Part shown: in pieces, positions 35,534 to 36,584 of the stretch
Numbering within the stretch: the first letter of the stretch is position 1
Layout: the number at the start of each line of letters is the position of its first letter
Source of the DNA: a virus
Lineage: Duplodnaviria > Caudoviricetes
IMG/VR virus record: IMGVR_UViG_3300036793_000279
Coordinates: 1 to 36,584 of that record
Direction: 5' to 3' (one strand)
DNA: 36,584 bases
Position numbers and translations under genes: made by a program
Notes under the pieces: generated by a model
The model's input: the letters and a program-made list of their open reading frames with translations, nothing else
Database searches by the model: none
Told to the model about the DNA's origin: nothing

Positions 35534-36584
35534 AGCTGCGACAATTGCGATTCTAGCTCTGACGAGTTTTGGAGCAACAAGCCAAGCCTTTGCGGCAGTA
35601 GGTGACCAAGGCGTGGACTGGTCAAAATATAACGGCTATCAAGGAAACTTTGGTTATGCTAATGACAAGTTCTCAATTGCTCAAATTGGTGGAACTTACG
35701 GCGGGTATTATGTGGACCAGTTGACTTATAATAGTCAGGTTCAAAATACACTGGCACAAGGAAAACGAGCGCACACATATATTTGGTATCAAGTGGGTGG
35801 CTCCATTGAACTTTCAAAAGGTGTGCTTGATCGATACTTGCCACAAATTGCTACACCTAAAGGCTCTATTGTCGCTCTTGATTATGAGAGTGGTGCGAGT
35901 GGAAGTAAGCAGGCGAACACAGATGCTATTCTTTACGGAATGCGACGTGTGAAAGAAGCAGGATATACACCGATGTATTACAGCTACAAGCCTTACACAA
36001 TAGCAAATGTGGACTACAAACGCATTATTAAAGAGTTTCCTGGTTCACTTTGGATTGCGGAATATCCAAACTATGAAGTAACTCCAACACCAAACTGGAA
36101 TTTCTTCCCAAGTATGGATGATATTGGTATTTTCCAATTTACCTCCACTTATGTGGCAGGTGGATTGGATGGTAATATTGACCTTACAGGTATCACGGAT
36201 AATGGATATGATGGAAAAGTACCTGATCCAGCACCAGCACCAAATCCAACTCCAGAACCTACCCCAACACCAAGTCCAAGCAATAAAACTCACATTGTAC
36301 AATATGGCGACACGTTGAGCAGCATTGCTTACAATTGGGGTACAAGCTGGCAAGAATTGGCACGTCAGAACGCTTTGAGTAATCCTAACCTTATTTATGC
36401 AGGTCAAGCAATCAGCTACTCAGGCGGCTCAAATGCGGCAACAGGTGGAACTTATACTGTACAATACGGAGACAATCTCTCAGTTATTGCACAACGTTTA
36501 GGCACAACTGTGCAGCATCTTGTTTCAAGTAATGGTATTCAAAACCCTAACTTGATTTATGCAGGTCAAACGCTTAATTATTAA
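35511..36584 (+). CDS. Endolysin: signal peptide + GH25 muramidase + Pro-rich linker + 2 LysM (start 35511 or 35517)
   Basis: AFA cleavage site, GVDWSKY, ALDYE, QFTS, two VQYGD.LS.IA...NPNLIYAGQ repeats. Confidence 0.93.
   Translation: MKMKKIIKAATIAILALTSFGATSQAFAAVGDQGVDWSKYNGYQGNFGYANDKFSIAQIGGTYGGYYVDQLTYNSQVQNTLAQGKRAHTYIWYQVGGSIELSKGVLDRYLPQIATPKGSIVALDYESGASGSKQANTDAILYGMRRVKEAGYTPMYYSYKPYTIANVDYKRIIKEFPGSLWIAEYPNYEVTPTPNWNFFPSMDDIGIFQFTSTYVAGGLDGNIDLTGITDNGYDGKVPDPAPAPNPTPEPTPTPSPSNKTHIVQYGDTLSSIAYNWGTSWQELARQNALSNPNLIYAGQAISYSGGSNAATGGTYTVQYGDNLSVIAQRLGTTVQHLVSSNGIQNPNLIYAGQTLNY

Larger units (their letters stand above)
1..36584. mobile_element. Temperate siphophage/prophage, TP901-1/Tuc2009 (P335)-like organisation, probably lactococcal
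   Basis: Canonical order int-cI-cro-replication-late activator-terminase-head-tail-baseplate-holin-lysin; ends coincide with int and lysin stop codons so att sites are not visible. Confidence 0.95.

Noticed and set aside
36222-36584. cca-rich tandem repeats and duplicated 3' segments
   Set aside because: Explained by the Pro-rich linker and two LysM domains of the lysin

Overview
A near-complete temperate siphophage (prophage) running from the integrase stop codon (base 1) to the endolysin stop codon (base 36584); att sites lie outside the window. Gene order and proteins resemble lactococcal TP901-1/Tuc2009 (P335-group) phages, so the host is probably a Lactococcus (inferred from recalled protein families, not from a search). 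Modules: lysogeny (serine integrase, Ltp-like exclusion protein, two small cargo genes, CI), a genetic switch with two consensus promoters and four ATCG-N8-CG(A/T)T operators, early/replication genes (Cro, Bet, DUF1351, DnaD-type initiator with iterons, RusA, HNH), a variable middle region with a LemA plus partner cassette, an ArpU/RinA-type late activator, a ParB-methyltransferase, head and tail genes with two predicted -1 frameshifts, baseplate, holin and a signal-peptide endolysin. The least explained signal is non-coding: (i) four similarly built antisense mini-transcription units in front of int, an early gene, bet and the late activator, sharing a CNNNAA hexaloop hairpin; (ii) a G-U-rich structured ~240-nt RNA candidate upstream of the replication initiator; (iii) a recurring short stem + TTAAA element; (iv) two counter-oriented single-gene cassettes with a shared promoter/leader inside the early lytic operon. 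All folds and family calls were made by eye and need computational and experimental confirmation.
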